The notes under the pieces were generated by a model. The model saw nothing but the letters and a program-made list of their open reading frames with translations, had not been told where the DNA came from and made no database searches. Shown piece after piece: positions 45,152-57,358 of a DNA stretch of 64,000 bases. Position numbers and translations under genes: made by a program. How positions within the stretch are numbered: position 1 is the first letter of the stretch; the number at the start of each line of letters is the position of its first letter. Origin of the DNA: Chloroflexia bacterium (lineage in GTDB: Bacteria > Chloroflexota > Chloroflexia > Thermomicrobiales > CADCWN01); assembly GCA_046328475.1 (NCBI GenBank), contig JAXLWN010000008.1, forward strand, positions 46,532 through 110,531. Direction: 5' to 3'.

Positions 45152-46351
45152 ATGGCCGCACCGCGACGCGTCCGCATCGGCATCATCGGCGCGGGGTTCG
45201 CCGCGCGGTTGCACCTGGAGAACTACGCGCTTGTCCACGGCGTGGAGGTGGAGATCGCCGGGGTCTACTCGCCCACCGAGGAGCGCAGCCGCCACCTCGC
45301 CGCGCACTTCGGCGACTTCACCATCTACCCGACCGCCGACGACCTGCTCGGCGACCCCACGATCGACCTCGTGGACCTCTGCGTCCCCAACAGCCAGCAC
45401 GTCCCCCTGATCGTCCGCTGCGCCGAAGCCGGCAAGCACGTCGTCTGCGAGAAGCCCCTCACCGGCTTCTTCGGCGACGGCGAGCCAAAGGTCGGCGACC
45501 GCTTCGGCCGCGCCGAGATGCTCTCCGGCGCGCTCGCCAACGCCGACCGCGCGCTCGACGCCCTCGCCCAGGCCGGGAAGCGCCTCCACTACGCCGAGAA
45601 CTGGGTCTACAGCCCCAACATCCGCAAAGCCGCCCGCCTGATCGAGCGGAGCGGCAGCACCATCCTCCGGCTCGTCGGCGAGGAGTCGCACAGCGGCACC
45701 CACTCCCCCTACGCGCGCCAGTGGCGCTTCAGCGGCGGCGGCTCCCTCTTCAACAAGGGCTGCCACCCGCTCGGCGCGGCCCTCGCGCTGAAGTACGCCG
45801 AGGGCGAGCGCCGCCACGGCAAGCCGATCCGCCCCGCCTCCGTCGTCGCCTCCGTCGCCTCCCTCACCAAGCTCTCCGCCTTCGAGGCCGAGGCCGAGAA
45901 GTTCATCCGCACCGGCTGGGAGGACTGCGAGGACTGGGGCTCGCTGCTGCTCACCTTCGACGACGGCACCGTCGCGCAGATCACCGCCGCCGACATCACC
46001 CTCGGCGGCATCCAGAACGTCTTCTCGGTCTACGGCACCCGCGCGGTCGTCCACGCCAACAACGTGCCCAACACCACCGTCGTCGCCTACACCCCGCGCG
46101 ACGGCATCTTTGGCGACGAGTACATCCGCGAGAAGGTCGAGACGACCGGCGGCTGGCAGTTCACCAGCGGCGACGAGCACTGGATGAACGGCTTCCCCGC
46201 CGAACTGCAAGACTTCTGCACCGCCGTCGCCGCCGACCGCGAGCCGGTCAGCGGCGCGATGCTCGCCCGCGACGTGGTGCTGGTCTCCTACGGTGCCTAC
46301 CTCGCCGCCGCCGAGGGGCGCGCGGTCGAGTTGGGGGCGCTGGTGCGATAG
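45152..46351 (+). CDS. Gfo/Idh/MocA-family oxidoreductase
   Basis: 'VRIGIIGAGFAARLHLENY...VVCEKPL'. Confidence 0.85.
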   Translation: MAAPRRVRIGIIGAGFAARLHLENYALVHGVEVEIAGVYSPTEERSRHLAAHFGDFTIYPTADDLLGDPTIDLVDLCVPNSQHVPLIVRCAEAGKHVVCEKPLTGFFGDGEPKVGDRFGRAEMLSGALANADRALDALAQAGKRLHYAENWVYSPNIRKAARLIERSGSTILRLVGEESHSGTHSPYARQWRFSGGGSLFNKGCHPLGAALALKYAEGERRHGKPIRPASVVASVASLTKLSAFEAEAEKFIRTGWEDCEDWGSLLLTFDDGTVAQITAADITLGGIQNVFSVYGTRAVVHANNVPNTTVVAYTPRDGIFGDEYIREKVETTGGWQFTSGDEHWMNGFPAELQDFCTAVAADREPVSGAMLARDVVLVSYGAYLAAAEGRAVELGALVR

Positions 46352-46400
46352 GGTCTCGCCCCGGCCAGGTCTTCCTCGCACGTCGTGCTAAGGAGGGCTC

Positions 46401-47228
46401 ATGGAATGCATGGTGCGCGGTATCCCGATCCGCTATGAGGAACACGGCACCGGTCGCCCGCGGCTGATGCTGCACGGCTGGCCGGGCTTCCACGGCTTCA
46501 TGACGCATCACCTGGAGCCGCTGTTCGCGCAGCGGCCGGGGTGGCGACGCCTCTACCCGAACCTGCCCGGCATGGGCGGGACGCCCGGGGCCGACTGGAT
46601 CACGGGCCAGGACCAGATGCTGGAGGCCACACTCGGCTTCCTCGATGCCGTTGCGCCCGGCGAACGCTTCGCCCTGGCGGGTGCCTCCTACGGCGGCTAC
46701 CTGGGGCGCGGCGTGATCCACGCCCGGCAGGCGCAGCTCGACGGCGCGTTCCTCTGGACGCCGCTGGTGGAGACCGACCCCGCCCGGAAAGGCCTCCCGG
46801 AGCACCAGGTATTCGCGCGCGACCCCGACCTGCTCGCCTCTCTGCCGCCGGACGAGATCCCCTGGACGCGGGTGAGCGTCGCGCAGACCCCGGCGATGCT
46901 GGCGGAGTTCCGGGCGGCGGTGAAGCCCGGCTTCCAGGCCGCCGATCGCGAATTCCTGGGGCGTATAGCACAGCGCTACGCCTTCTCGTTCGACGTGGAC
47001 GCGCTGCCGGAGCCGTGCCCCGCCCCGGTGCTGCTCCTGGCCGGACGGCAGGATGCGCAATGCGGCTATCGCGAGGCCTGGAAATTGCTGGACAACTTCC
47101 CCCGGGCGACCTTCGCGGTGCTGGACCGCGCCGGGCACGGCGTGGCGAGCGAACAGCGCCCCCTCTTCCGCGCCCTGGTCGGCGAGTGGCTGGACCGCGT
47201 GGAGGAGTACATCGCACAACAAGCATAG
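46401..47228 (+). CDS. Alpha/beta-fold hydrolase
   Basis: RBS AAGGAGGG. Contains 'LMLHGWPG' and the GxSxG elbow 'LAGASYGGY'. Confidence 0.8.
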   Translation: MECMVRGIPIRYEEHGTGRPRLMLHGWPGFHGFMTHHLEPLFAQRPGWRRLYPNLPGMGGTPGADWITGQDQMLEATLGFLDAVAPGERFALAGASYGGYLGRGVIHARQAQLDGAFLWTPLVETDPARKGLPEHQVFARDPDLLASLPPDEIPWTRVSVAQTPAMLAEFRAAVKPGFQAADREFLGRIAQRYAFSFDVDALPEPCPAPVLLLAGRQDAQCGYREAWKLLDNFPRATFAVLDRAGHGVASEQRPLFRALVGEWLDRVEEYIAQQA

Positions 47229-47288
47229 CGCGGCGGGATGGGACAGAAATCTGGCCCTCCGTTGCCAGGAAGCGTCCCCTGTGCATTG

Positions 47289-47297
47289 TGCTACAAT
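47289..47297 (+). promoter_or_regulatory. Extended -10 promoter candidate for sdhAB
   Basis: TGcTACAAT lies ~95 nt upstream of the sdhA ATG. Confidence 0.35.
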
Positions 47298-47389
47298 GCT
47301 ACGAATAGCGGGGGGAACGTTCGCGCTCGCGCAGCCTGCGCCACCCTGGACACTGGGCGAAAGCCGCGCCGCCGAGGAGGACTCACATC

Positions 47390-49144
<1,755 letters not shown>

Positions 49145-49153
49145 ACGGGTGGT

Positions 49154-49258
49154 GGGGGGGGGGGAGTCGTGAGAATCTCGCTTCTGGCTGGTGACCTCAG
49201 GTAGCAGGCAACGGCGGAGAGTGAAGAACTGACTACTGACTACTGACTACTGACTACT
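49154..49258. repeat. G11 homopolymer, one AGTCGTG unit, and (GACTACT)x4 in the sdhA-sdhB spacer
   Basis: G-run at 49154-49164. 'agtcgtgag' at 49165-49173. GACTACT at 49231, 49238, 49245 and 49252. Confidence 0.9.
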
Positions 49259-49268
49259 GGAGGACACA

Positions 49269-49967
49269 ATGCGCGTTCATTTCCGCATCAAGCGGTTTGA
49301 CCCGACGGTCGATCAGAAGCCGTACTTCAAGGAGTACGATGTTGACCTCGATCCGATGGATCGCGTGCTCGACGGGCTGAATAAGGTCAAGTGGGAACTG
49401 GATGGGACGCTGACCTACCGACGGTCGTGCGCGCACGGCGTCTGCGGGTCGGACGCGATGCGCGTCAACGGGCGCAACCGGCTCGCCTGCACGCTGCTCG
49501 TCCGCGACGCCGGGACCAAGCTCACGATCGAGCCGCTGCTGGGGCTGAAGGTTATCAAAGACCTCGTCGTGGACATGGATCCCTTCTTCCAGAAGTACCG
49601 CGACATCAAGCCCTACCTGATCAACGACGACCCGCCGCCGCAGACCGAGCGGCGGCAATCGGTGGAGCAGCGCGCGATCTTCGACGACACCACGAAGTGC
49701 ATCCTCTGCGCCGCCTGCACGACCTCCTGCCCGCCCTTCTGGGCGAACAAGGAGTTCGTCGGACCGGCATCGATCGTGAACGCCCACCGCTTCATCTTCG
49801 ATAGCCGCGATCACGGCGCTGCGGAGCGGTTGGCGATCCTGAACCAGCGCGAGGGCGTGTGGCGCTGCCGCACCGTCTTCAACTGCACCGACGCCTGCCC
49901 GCGCCACATCAAGATCACCGAGGCGATCGAGGATGTGAAACGCGCACTGCTGTTCAACCGCTTCTAG
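49269..49967 (+). CDS. sdhB: Succinate dehydrogenase / fumarate reductase iron-sulfur subunit
   Basis: 'SCAHGVCGSDAMRVNG', 'CILCAACTTSCP' and 'CTDACPRHI' Fe-S cluster motifs. Confidence 0.95.
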   Translation: MRVHFRIKRFDPTVDQKPYFKEYDVDLDPMDRVLDGLNKVKWELDGTLTYRRSCAHGVCGSDAMRVNGRNRLACTLLVRDAGTKLTIEPLLGLKVIKDLVVDMDPFFQKYRDIKPYLINDDPPPQTERRQSVEQRAIFDDTTKCILCAACTTSCPPFWANKEFVGPASIVNAHRFIFDSRDHGAAERLAILNQREGVWRCRTVFNCTDACPRHIKITEAIEDVKRALLFNRF

Positions 49968-50277
49968 ACCGGAACGCAACGGCGCAGCACTAGCGTAGTG
50001 GCATGTGCCGAGCGTTGAATACCGAGTCCCGGAGCCCAAGTACGGGCAAGGCCGGGAACATTGCTGGTAGCTGGTCCGCAATCGTGGAACAACAATTGCT
50101 ACCGCCAGCGTAGACACTCGGTACTCGGCGCTCGGCATTCTTGTCACCGGCGAACGTGAAACAATTCACGAACTTTGGGCGTTGTGAAGGGTATCGGCGC
50201 GTAGCGAGGCGGGCACCTGGCCCGCAAATGGTGGGGATAGAGACGCTGCGCGAAGGCTGATCGTGGGGGGTACGACT

Positions 50278-51912
<1,635 letters not shown>

Positions 51913-51966
51913 CGCTCTGCCCCCCGACATCGGTTCGGATGGGCAGGCCGAGCAACGCGAGCGGAT

Positions 51967-52020
51967 GTGCGAACAGAGGGCGGCCCCGGCGATGATCGCC
52001 GGGGCCGCCCCTGTTCGCAC
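51967..52020. terminator. Long near-perfect palindrome between convergent pckA and phnE
   Basis: GTGCGAACAGAGGGCGGCCCCGGCGAT | G | ATCGCCGGGGCCGCCCCTGTTCGCAC, about 26 bp with one bulge. Confidence 0.55.
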
Positions 52021-52036
52021 AACGACGCTCGGCGGA

Positions 52037-52864
52037 CTACAAGATCTTCGAGCGCAGATAGGCGCTGCCGTAGTCGATCGCCAGCGTCATCACGAGCGTA
52101 ACGAGCAGGACCATGCCGGTCTTGCGGAAGGCAAACTGGTTGATGTACTCCAGGGCAACGAAACCGAGACCACCCGCGCCGACCGCGCCGAGGATGGTGG
52201 CCGAGTGGACGTTGACCTCCCAGGAATACAGTGTGTGCGCCACGAAATAGGGGAAGAATTGGGGCATAATCGCGAAGAGTAACACTTGCCAGGGGTTCGC
52301 CCCGGTCGCCGTTACCGCCTCAATCTGCCCCCAATCGATCCCCTCGATCGCTTCCGAATAGAGCTTCGCGAGGAGACCACCGGAGAAGACGGTGATCGCC
52401 AGCACGCCCGGAAATTGCCCGATGCCCACCGCCGCAACGAAGAGGAGGCCCCAGAAGAGCGTCGGCATGGCACGCACGGTGCTCATCAGGAAACGCACGA
52501 CGAAGTAGAGCACGCGCGTAATCGGGTTGCGTGCCATCAGGTTCCGCGCGCCGAGGAAGCTGATCGGCAGGGCCAGCGCCGCGCCGAGGATGGTGCCGAG
52601 GATCGACATCTCGATCGTCTCGCGCGCGTAGCGCACCAGCGTGGAGAAGACCGACCAGTCGGGATCGAAGATCCCTTCGAGCAGCCTGCCCATGTAGGGC
52701 AGTCCCGACACCAGGTTGACCAGGTCGAATTCGGTGTCCTGCCCGATCCGGCGCAGGATGATCCCGCCCGCTATCAGCCCGAGCACCCAGGCGAGGGGGC
52801 GCAGCCGGGCGCGCACCGGCGGGCGCAGCTCAGTCCTTGCGGATGTAGATGAGATCGTAGACAT
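52037..52864 (-). CDS. phnE: Phosphonate-type ABC transporter permease
   Basis: 275-aa polytopic permease downstream of phnC. It overlaps the phnC end by 35 nt. Confidence 0.85.
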   Translation of the reverse strand: MSTISSTSARTELRPPVRARLRPLAWVLGLIAGGIILRRIGQDTEFDLVNLVSGLPYMGRLLEGIFDPDWSVFSTLVRYARETIEMSILGTILGAALALPISFLGARNLMARNPITRVLYFVVRFLMSTVRAMPTLFWGLLFVAAVGIGQFPGVLAITVFSGGLLAKLYSEAIEGIDWGQIEAVTATGANPWQVLLFAIMPQFFPYFVAHTLYSWEVNVHSATILGAVGAGGLGFVALEYINQFAFRKTGMVLLVTLVMTLAIDYGSAYLRSKIL

Positions 52865-53588
52865 CGCTCGTCACCTCGTCTGGCAGGCCGTCGAAGACGA
52901 TCCGGCCGCTGCGGAACCCGACGATCCGGTCGGCATACTCGCGGGCGTAATCGAGCTGGTGCAGATTGACGATGGTGGTGATGCCATCCTCGCGGTTGAT
53001 CTCGCGCAGGTAGCCCAACACCACTTTCGAGGTCTCCGGGTCGAGGCTCGCCACCGGCTCGTCGGCGAGCATGATCTCCGGATTCTGCGCCAGCGCGCGG
53101 GCGATCGCCACGCGCTGCTGCTGACCACCGCTGAGCGCGTCGGCTCGCGTGTAGGCACGATCGGCCAGCCCGACCCGCTCCAGGGCGCGAAAGGCGACCG
53201 CGCGGTCCTCGGCGCTGAAGAGCGGCAGCGCCGCGCGCCAGCCGGTGTGGTAGCCCAGCCGCCCGGTCAGGACATTCTGCTCGACCGTCAAGCGGCGCAC
53301 CAGATTGAACTGCTGGAAGATGATCCCGATCGTGCGACGGACTCGCCGCAACTGTCGACCGCGCGCCGCCGTCACGTCGATCCCGTTAACGTGAATCGTC
53401 CCGCTCGTCGGATCGACCAGACGGTTGAGCGAGCGAAGAAAGGTGGACTTGCCCGCCCCCGACAGGCCGATCACGGCTACAAACTGGCCGCGCGGCACAT
53501 CGAGTGTCACGTCTTGCATTGCGAGCGGACCCTTGGGGTACTGCTTCGTGAGCTTGCGGACGCTGATCGTCGCTGCTTCGGTCGCCAT
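52830..53588 (-). CDS. phnC: Phosphonate-type ABC transporter ATP-binding protein
   Basis: 'MATEAATISVRKL...GLSGAGKST...LSGGQQQRVAIARAL'. It is in the same open frame as phnD upstream. Confidence 0.9.
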   Translation of the reverse strand: MATEAATISVRKLTKQYPKGPLAMQDVTLDVPRGQFVAVIGLSGAGKSTFLRSLNRLVDPTSGTIHVNGIDVTAARGRQLRRVRRTIGIIFQQFNLVRRLTVEQNVLTGRLGYHTGWRAALPLFSAEDRAVAFRALERVGLADRAYTRADALSGGQQQRVAIARALAQNPEIMLADEPVASLDPETSKVVLGYLREINREDGITTIVNLHQLDYAREYADRIVGFRSGRIVFDGLPDEVTSDVYDLIYIRKD

Positions 53589-54647
53589 GTAACCTCGCGG
53601 GATGAAGAAGGGCGGAGTCGGGGCTGCGCGGCGGCATTCGCGATACGAATGCCGCCGCGCAGCCCCAGCTCCATCGATTGCGGATGGGGTTGCGGTAGGC
53701 AGCTTCAAGAGGCTGGGATCGACCGCCTTGACAACGTCGCGCAGCACATCGTAGTCACCATCGACGGCCTCCTGAAGCGAGTCGATGGTGAAGAGATCCT
53801 TGATGAACTGTTTCCCTTCCGGGTCGCTGCTCAACTTCAGAAGCGCGGCCTTCAGCTTGGCGACCTGGCCCTTGTTGAGATCCGCGCGAACCACCTGCGG
53901 ATCGGCGGGGATAAGTTCCGAGGTCCAGATGATCCGCGTCTTGTCCAGGATGTCGGGGAACTTGTCGATCACTTCCTTATTCTTGCGCGCATCGTCGTAG
54001 AATGCGCCCGCATCGACCTGCCCCTGGTAGACAGCGATTGCCAGCGAGCTGGCGCTGCTGATGTTCTGGGCTTTCAAGTCGTTGTCGACATTGAGCCCGG
54101 CCTTGATCATCGCCGCCTTGGGATAGAGCGTGCTGGAGGCCGACAGCGGATCCCCAAAAGCGTAGCGCTTCCCTTTCAGATCCTTAATCTCCTTGATGTC
54201 ACTGTCGGACTTGACGACCATGAAGGCCTTGTAGCCCTTCGTGCCGTTGCGAATCGACGCCGTGATCGGGTAGCAGTTATTCTGGTCGCGCGCCTGCACA
54301 TAGCTCAACGGACTCATCCAGGCGAGGTCGGTCTTTTTCGAAGTGATCGACTGCGTGACTGCCGCGTAGCTCGTCGCAGTGGTAGATTTGACTGTGTAAC
54401 CGGTCTCTTTACTCAGGAAATCGGCGATCTTCTGGCCGCTCAGTTGGATCTCGCTGGTATCCCGCGAGGGGACGAAGGCCATGTTGACTTCTTTCTTCTC
54501 GGCTTCTTCTTTCGGCGTTGCGGTCGCTCCACCCATGCCGCAGGCCGCTAGCAGCAGCGCGGCTGTCGCGCCCGCGCTCAGTCCGAGAAAGCGTCGCCGC
54601 GTCAACTCGGCCAGCAGAAGGTTCGCCTTGAATCGTGAATCATCCAT
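53589..54647 (-). CDS. phnD: Phosphonate-type ABC transporter substrate-binding lipoprotein (Tat signal); no in-frame stop before phnC
   Basis: RBS GGAGGAGG, then ATG at 54647. Contains 'TRRRFLGLSAGATAALLLAACG' (twin-Arg plus lipobox) and a PhnD-like body. The true 3' end is undefined because the ORF runs on into phnC. Confidence 0.75.
53620..53666 (-). terminator. Intercistronic stem-loop between phnD and phnC
   Basis: A perfect 21-bp stem (53620-53640 with 53646-53666) and a 5-nt loop. It lies inside the continuous phnD-phnC reading frame. Confidence 0.5.
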
Positions 54648-54983
54648 CGTGGGTTGCCTCCTCCTCGTCACTTCCTGCCCGTCTCCCTCATCCCCGGCAT
54701 TCTGACCTGGCTCCCGCGTGGTCGCTCCTTTCGCACAATGTCGCAGCCGCCACGCTATTCGCTGGGCTGCGGGCTACGCATGCAGTACTCAGGTGCGTGA
54801 AGACAGTCGAATGCCACGCGGGAATGATACGTGTCGATCAGAGGAGGGTGCAATGATAGGATAGCGCTGGCGGCATCCGAGCGGGCGGTGATCACCGTCC
54901 AGAACGATGAGACCGCTGAGGTTGCTGTTGCACGTTGGCGGGCCGTGCACTGAATCTCGACGCACCAGTGAAGGAGGCCAGCG

Positions 54984-56204
54984 GTGCCATTCGTGATCTA
55001 TGTCACCCCATTCTTCTCCGAAAACGCCGCGCGCAACATTGCAGCGGCGATCGAGATGCCCGAGGTGCGGTTGGGGGTAATCAGCCAGGCTCCGCTGGAG
55101 GAGCTGGCGGCGGAGGTGCGTCCGAGGCTGGCGGGGCACTGGCGGGTAGATGATGCGCTGGATACCGAGCAGTTACTCGGGGCGGCGCAGGGTCTCGCAC
55201 GCCAGCACGGGACAATTCACCGGCTGATCAGCGCCCAGGAGCAACTGCAAGTGCAAATCGCGGAGGTGCGCGAGCGGCTGGGTATCGCCGGTATGCTGCC
55301 GGAGGCGGCGCGCAACTTTCGCGATAAGGCCCGGATGAAGGATGTGTTGCGCGCGGCGGGGGTGCCCTGCGCCCGGCATCAACTGGCCGCGAGCGAGGCT
55401 GAGGCGTGGCGCTTCGCCGAGTCTGTCGGCTATCCCCTGGTGCTGAAACCGCCGGCGGGGGCTGGTTCGCAGGCGACCTACCAGATCGAGGGACCGGTGG
55501 CGCTGGCCTCGGCCTTGGCCTCGGCAAACCCGGGGCCGGGGCGCGAGGCGCTGCTGGAAGAGTTCATCACCGGCGAGGAGCATTCATTCGACACAATCTC
55601 GCTCAGGGGCCAACACATCTGGCACTCGCTGACCCACTATTTGCCCGCGCCGCTCGACGCGATGCGGAATCCCTGGATCCAGTGGTCGGTGCTGTTGCCG
55701 CGCGAGATCGATGAGCCACAATACGACGACATCCGCCAGATCGCCTTCCGGGCGCTCGATGCGCTGGGGATGGAGACCGGGCTGAGCCACATGGAGTGGT
55801 TCCGGCGGAAGGATGGCAGCATCGCAATCTCCGAGGTCGCGGCCCGCCCGCCGGGGGCGCAGATCACCACGCTGATGTCGCGCGCCAACGATTTCGACGC
55901 GATCGCCGCCTGGACGCGGCTGATGATCTTCGACACATTCGAGCCGCCGCAGCGACGCTACGCGGTGGGTGCGGCCTTCCTGCGCGGCCAGGGACGGGGC
56001 GTTGTGCGCGCGGTCCACGGCCTGGAGCAGGTGCAGCGCGAGATTGGCCATCTCGTCACCGACGCGAAGCTGCCGACGCCGGGACAAGCGCCATCCCCCA
56101 GCTATGAGGGCGAGGGATACATCATCGTGCGGCACCCCGAAACAGCGGTTGTGCGCGACGCTTTGGCGCAAATCGTGGGGACAGTCCGAGTTGAGTTGGG
56201 ATAG
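54984..56204 (+). CDS. ATP-grasp domain enzyme (carboxylate-amine ligase type)
   Basis: GTG start after AAGGAGG. 'FRDKARMKDVLRAAGVPCA...GYPLVLKPPAGAGSQ...EEFITGEEHSFD' is an ATP-grasp pattern. Confidence 0.8.
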   Translation: MPFVIYVTPFFSENAARNIAAAIEMPEVRLGVISQAPLEELAAEVRPRLAGHWRVDDALDTEQLLGAAQGLARQHGTIHRLISAQEQLQVQIAEVRERLGIAGMLPEAARNFRDKARMKDVLRAAGVPCARHQLAASEAEAWRFAESVGYPLVLKPPAGAGSQATYQIEGPVALASALASANPGPGREALLEEFITGEEHSFDTISLRGQHIWHSLTHYLPAPLDAMRNPWIQWSVLLPREIDEPQYDDIRQIAFRALDALGMETGLSHMEWFRRKDGSIAISEVAARPPGAQITTLMSRANDFDAIAAWTRLMIFDTFEPPQRRYAVGAAFLRGQGRGVVRAVHGLEQVQREIGHLVTDAKLPTPGQAPSPSYEGEGYIIVRHPETAVVRDALAQIVGTVRVELG

Positions 56205-56327
56205 TAACCAATGGCGCGTAATGCGCGACGAGTATCAACGATGGGGACGCAAAGAAACGACGAGAGGGCGGCGAAGTGTTCGCCGCCCTCTCGTCACCGC
56301 TCATCGCTACTCGTTCCTCGTCACTTG

Positions 56328-57224
56328 CTACGGGAACGTCGCCGATCCTTCCCACGAGGATTCGCTGATCAGGCCGTAGTCCTCGCCATCGGCCCAGAGG
56401 TAGACGTTCGTGGCGTTCGACGAATAGATCTCGATCGACGCGCCCTCATAATTGAGGGAATCCCCGGCGTCCATCACGCCGGCAAATTCGACCACGCCGT
56501 CGATCGTCACCGTGACCCAGGCTTCATCTTGCGCCTGGATCGTCACCACGTGTATCGCACCGCGCTTCGGGGTCGGGGTCGGAGGCGCTGCGGTCGGCTG
56601 CTTGGAAGAGACGGGTTGCTGAGAGCTTGCAGCCTGTTGCGGCGGTGCGGCTTGCTGCGACGGCTTCGTCGGCGCGGCCGGTGCCTGGGTCGCGGTCGGC
56701 GGCACGGGCGTTGGCGGAACCGGCGTCTCGGTCGGGGCGGGGGTTCCGGTCGCGGTCGGGGTGAGCGCGCGGATGGCCGAGTTCACGTCGATCACCGTCG
56801 GCGTCGGGATTCCGACGGACGGGGTCGGGATCGAGGTCGGATTGGTGGCGGCGAAGAAGGCCGAGTAGAGCCAGGCGAAGAGAACCGCCGAGATCACCAC
56901 CACGAAGGCGATCAGCGCGAAGTTAGGTGCCCAGTGGGAGGGCATCTCCAGCGGCTTGACCGCCGGGACGACCTTGAACCCGCTCGATATGCCACCGCGC
57001 AGGTCTTCGAAGTAGGAGATGGCGTCGTCGGGATCGAGATTCAGATATTGGGCGTAGTTTCGCACGATGCCGCGCGAATAGACCCCTTCCGGCAAGGAGA
57101 GAAAGTCCTCGTCTTCCAGCGCACGCAGATACTTGCGCGGAATCCGGATCGCTCGCTCTGCCTCCGTCAGGGTGACGCCCTTATTCGCGCGTGCGTGGCG
57201 CAACGCGTCACCGAAACCTGACAT
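56328..57224 (-). CDS. rodZ: RodZ-like cytoskeleton protein (XRE HTH + TM + Pro/Thr linker + DUF4115)
   Basis: 'GDALRHARANKGVTLTEAERAIRIPRKYLRALEDEDF', a single TM, a Pro-rich spacer and a C-terminal beta domain. Confidence 0.8.
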   Translation of the reverse strand: MSGFGDALRHARANKGVTLTEAERAIRIPRKYLRALEDEDFLSLPEGVYSRGIVRNYAQYLNLDPDDAISYFEDLRGGISSGFKVVPAVKPLEMPSHWAPNFALIAFVVVISAVLFAWLYSAFFAATNPTSIPTPSVGIPTPTVIDVNSAIRALTPTATGTPAPTETPVPPTPVPPTATQAPAAPTKPSQQAAPPQQAASSQQPVSSKQPTAAPPTPTPKRGAIHVVTIQAQDEAWVTVTIDGVVEFAGVMDAGDSLNYEGASIEIYSSNATNVYLWADGEDYGLISESSWEGSATFP

Positions 57225-57358
57225 CCTGCTGCCCTATCGTATCCCCCAACCCCGGAGTGCGCGCGGTACCCCCAGCCAACCGGGCCGAGGGTACCATAGA
57301 AAGTCCCCGCCGACCAGGAGATGCCGGTCGGCAGGAGCGCGCGGACAGAACGCGACGA

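Noticed and set aside
52830-54671. Annotating a genuine 613-aa PhnD-PhnC fusion protein.
   Set aside because: This would be a Tat-exported lipoprotein fused to a cytoplasmic ATPase with no intervening TM segment, joined by a linker that is a perfect DNA hairpin. That is implausible, so I annotated two genes with an unresolved boundary.
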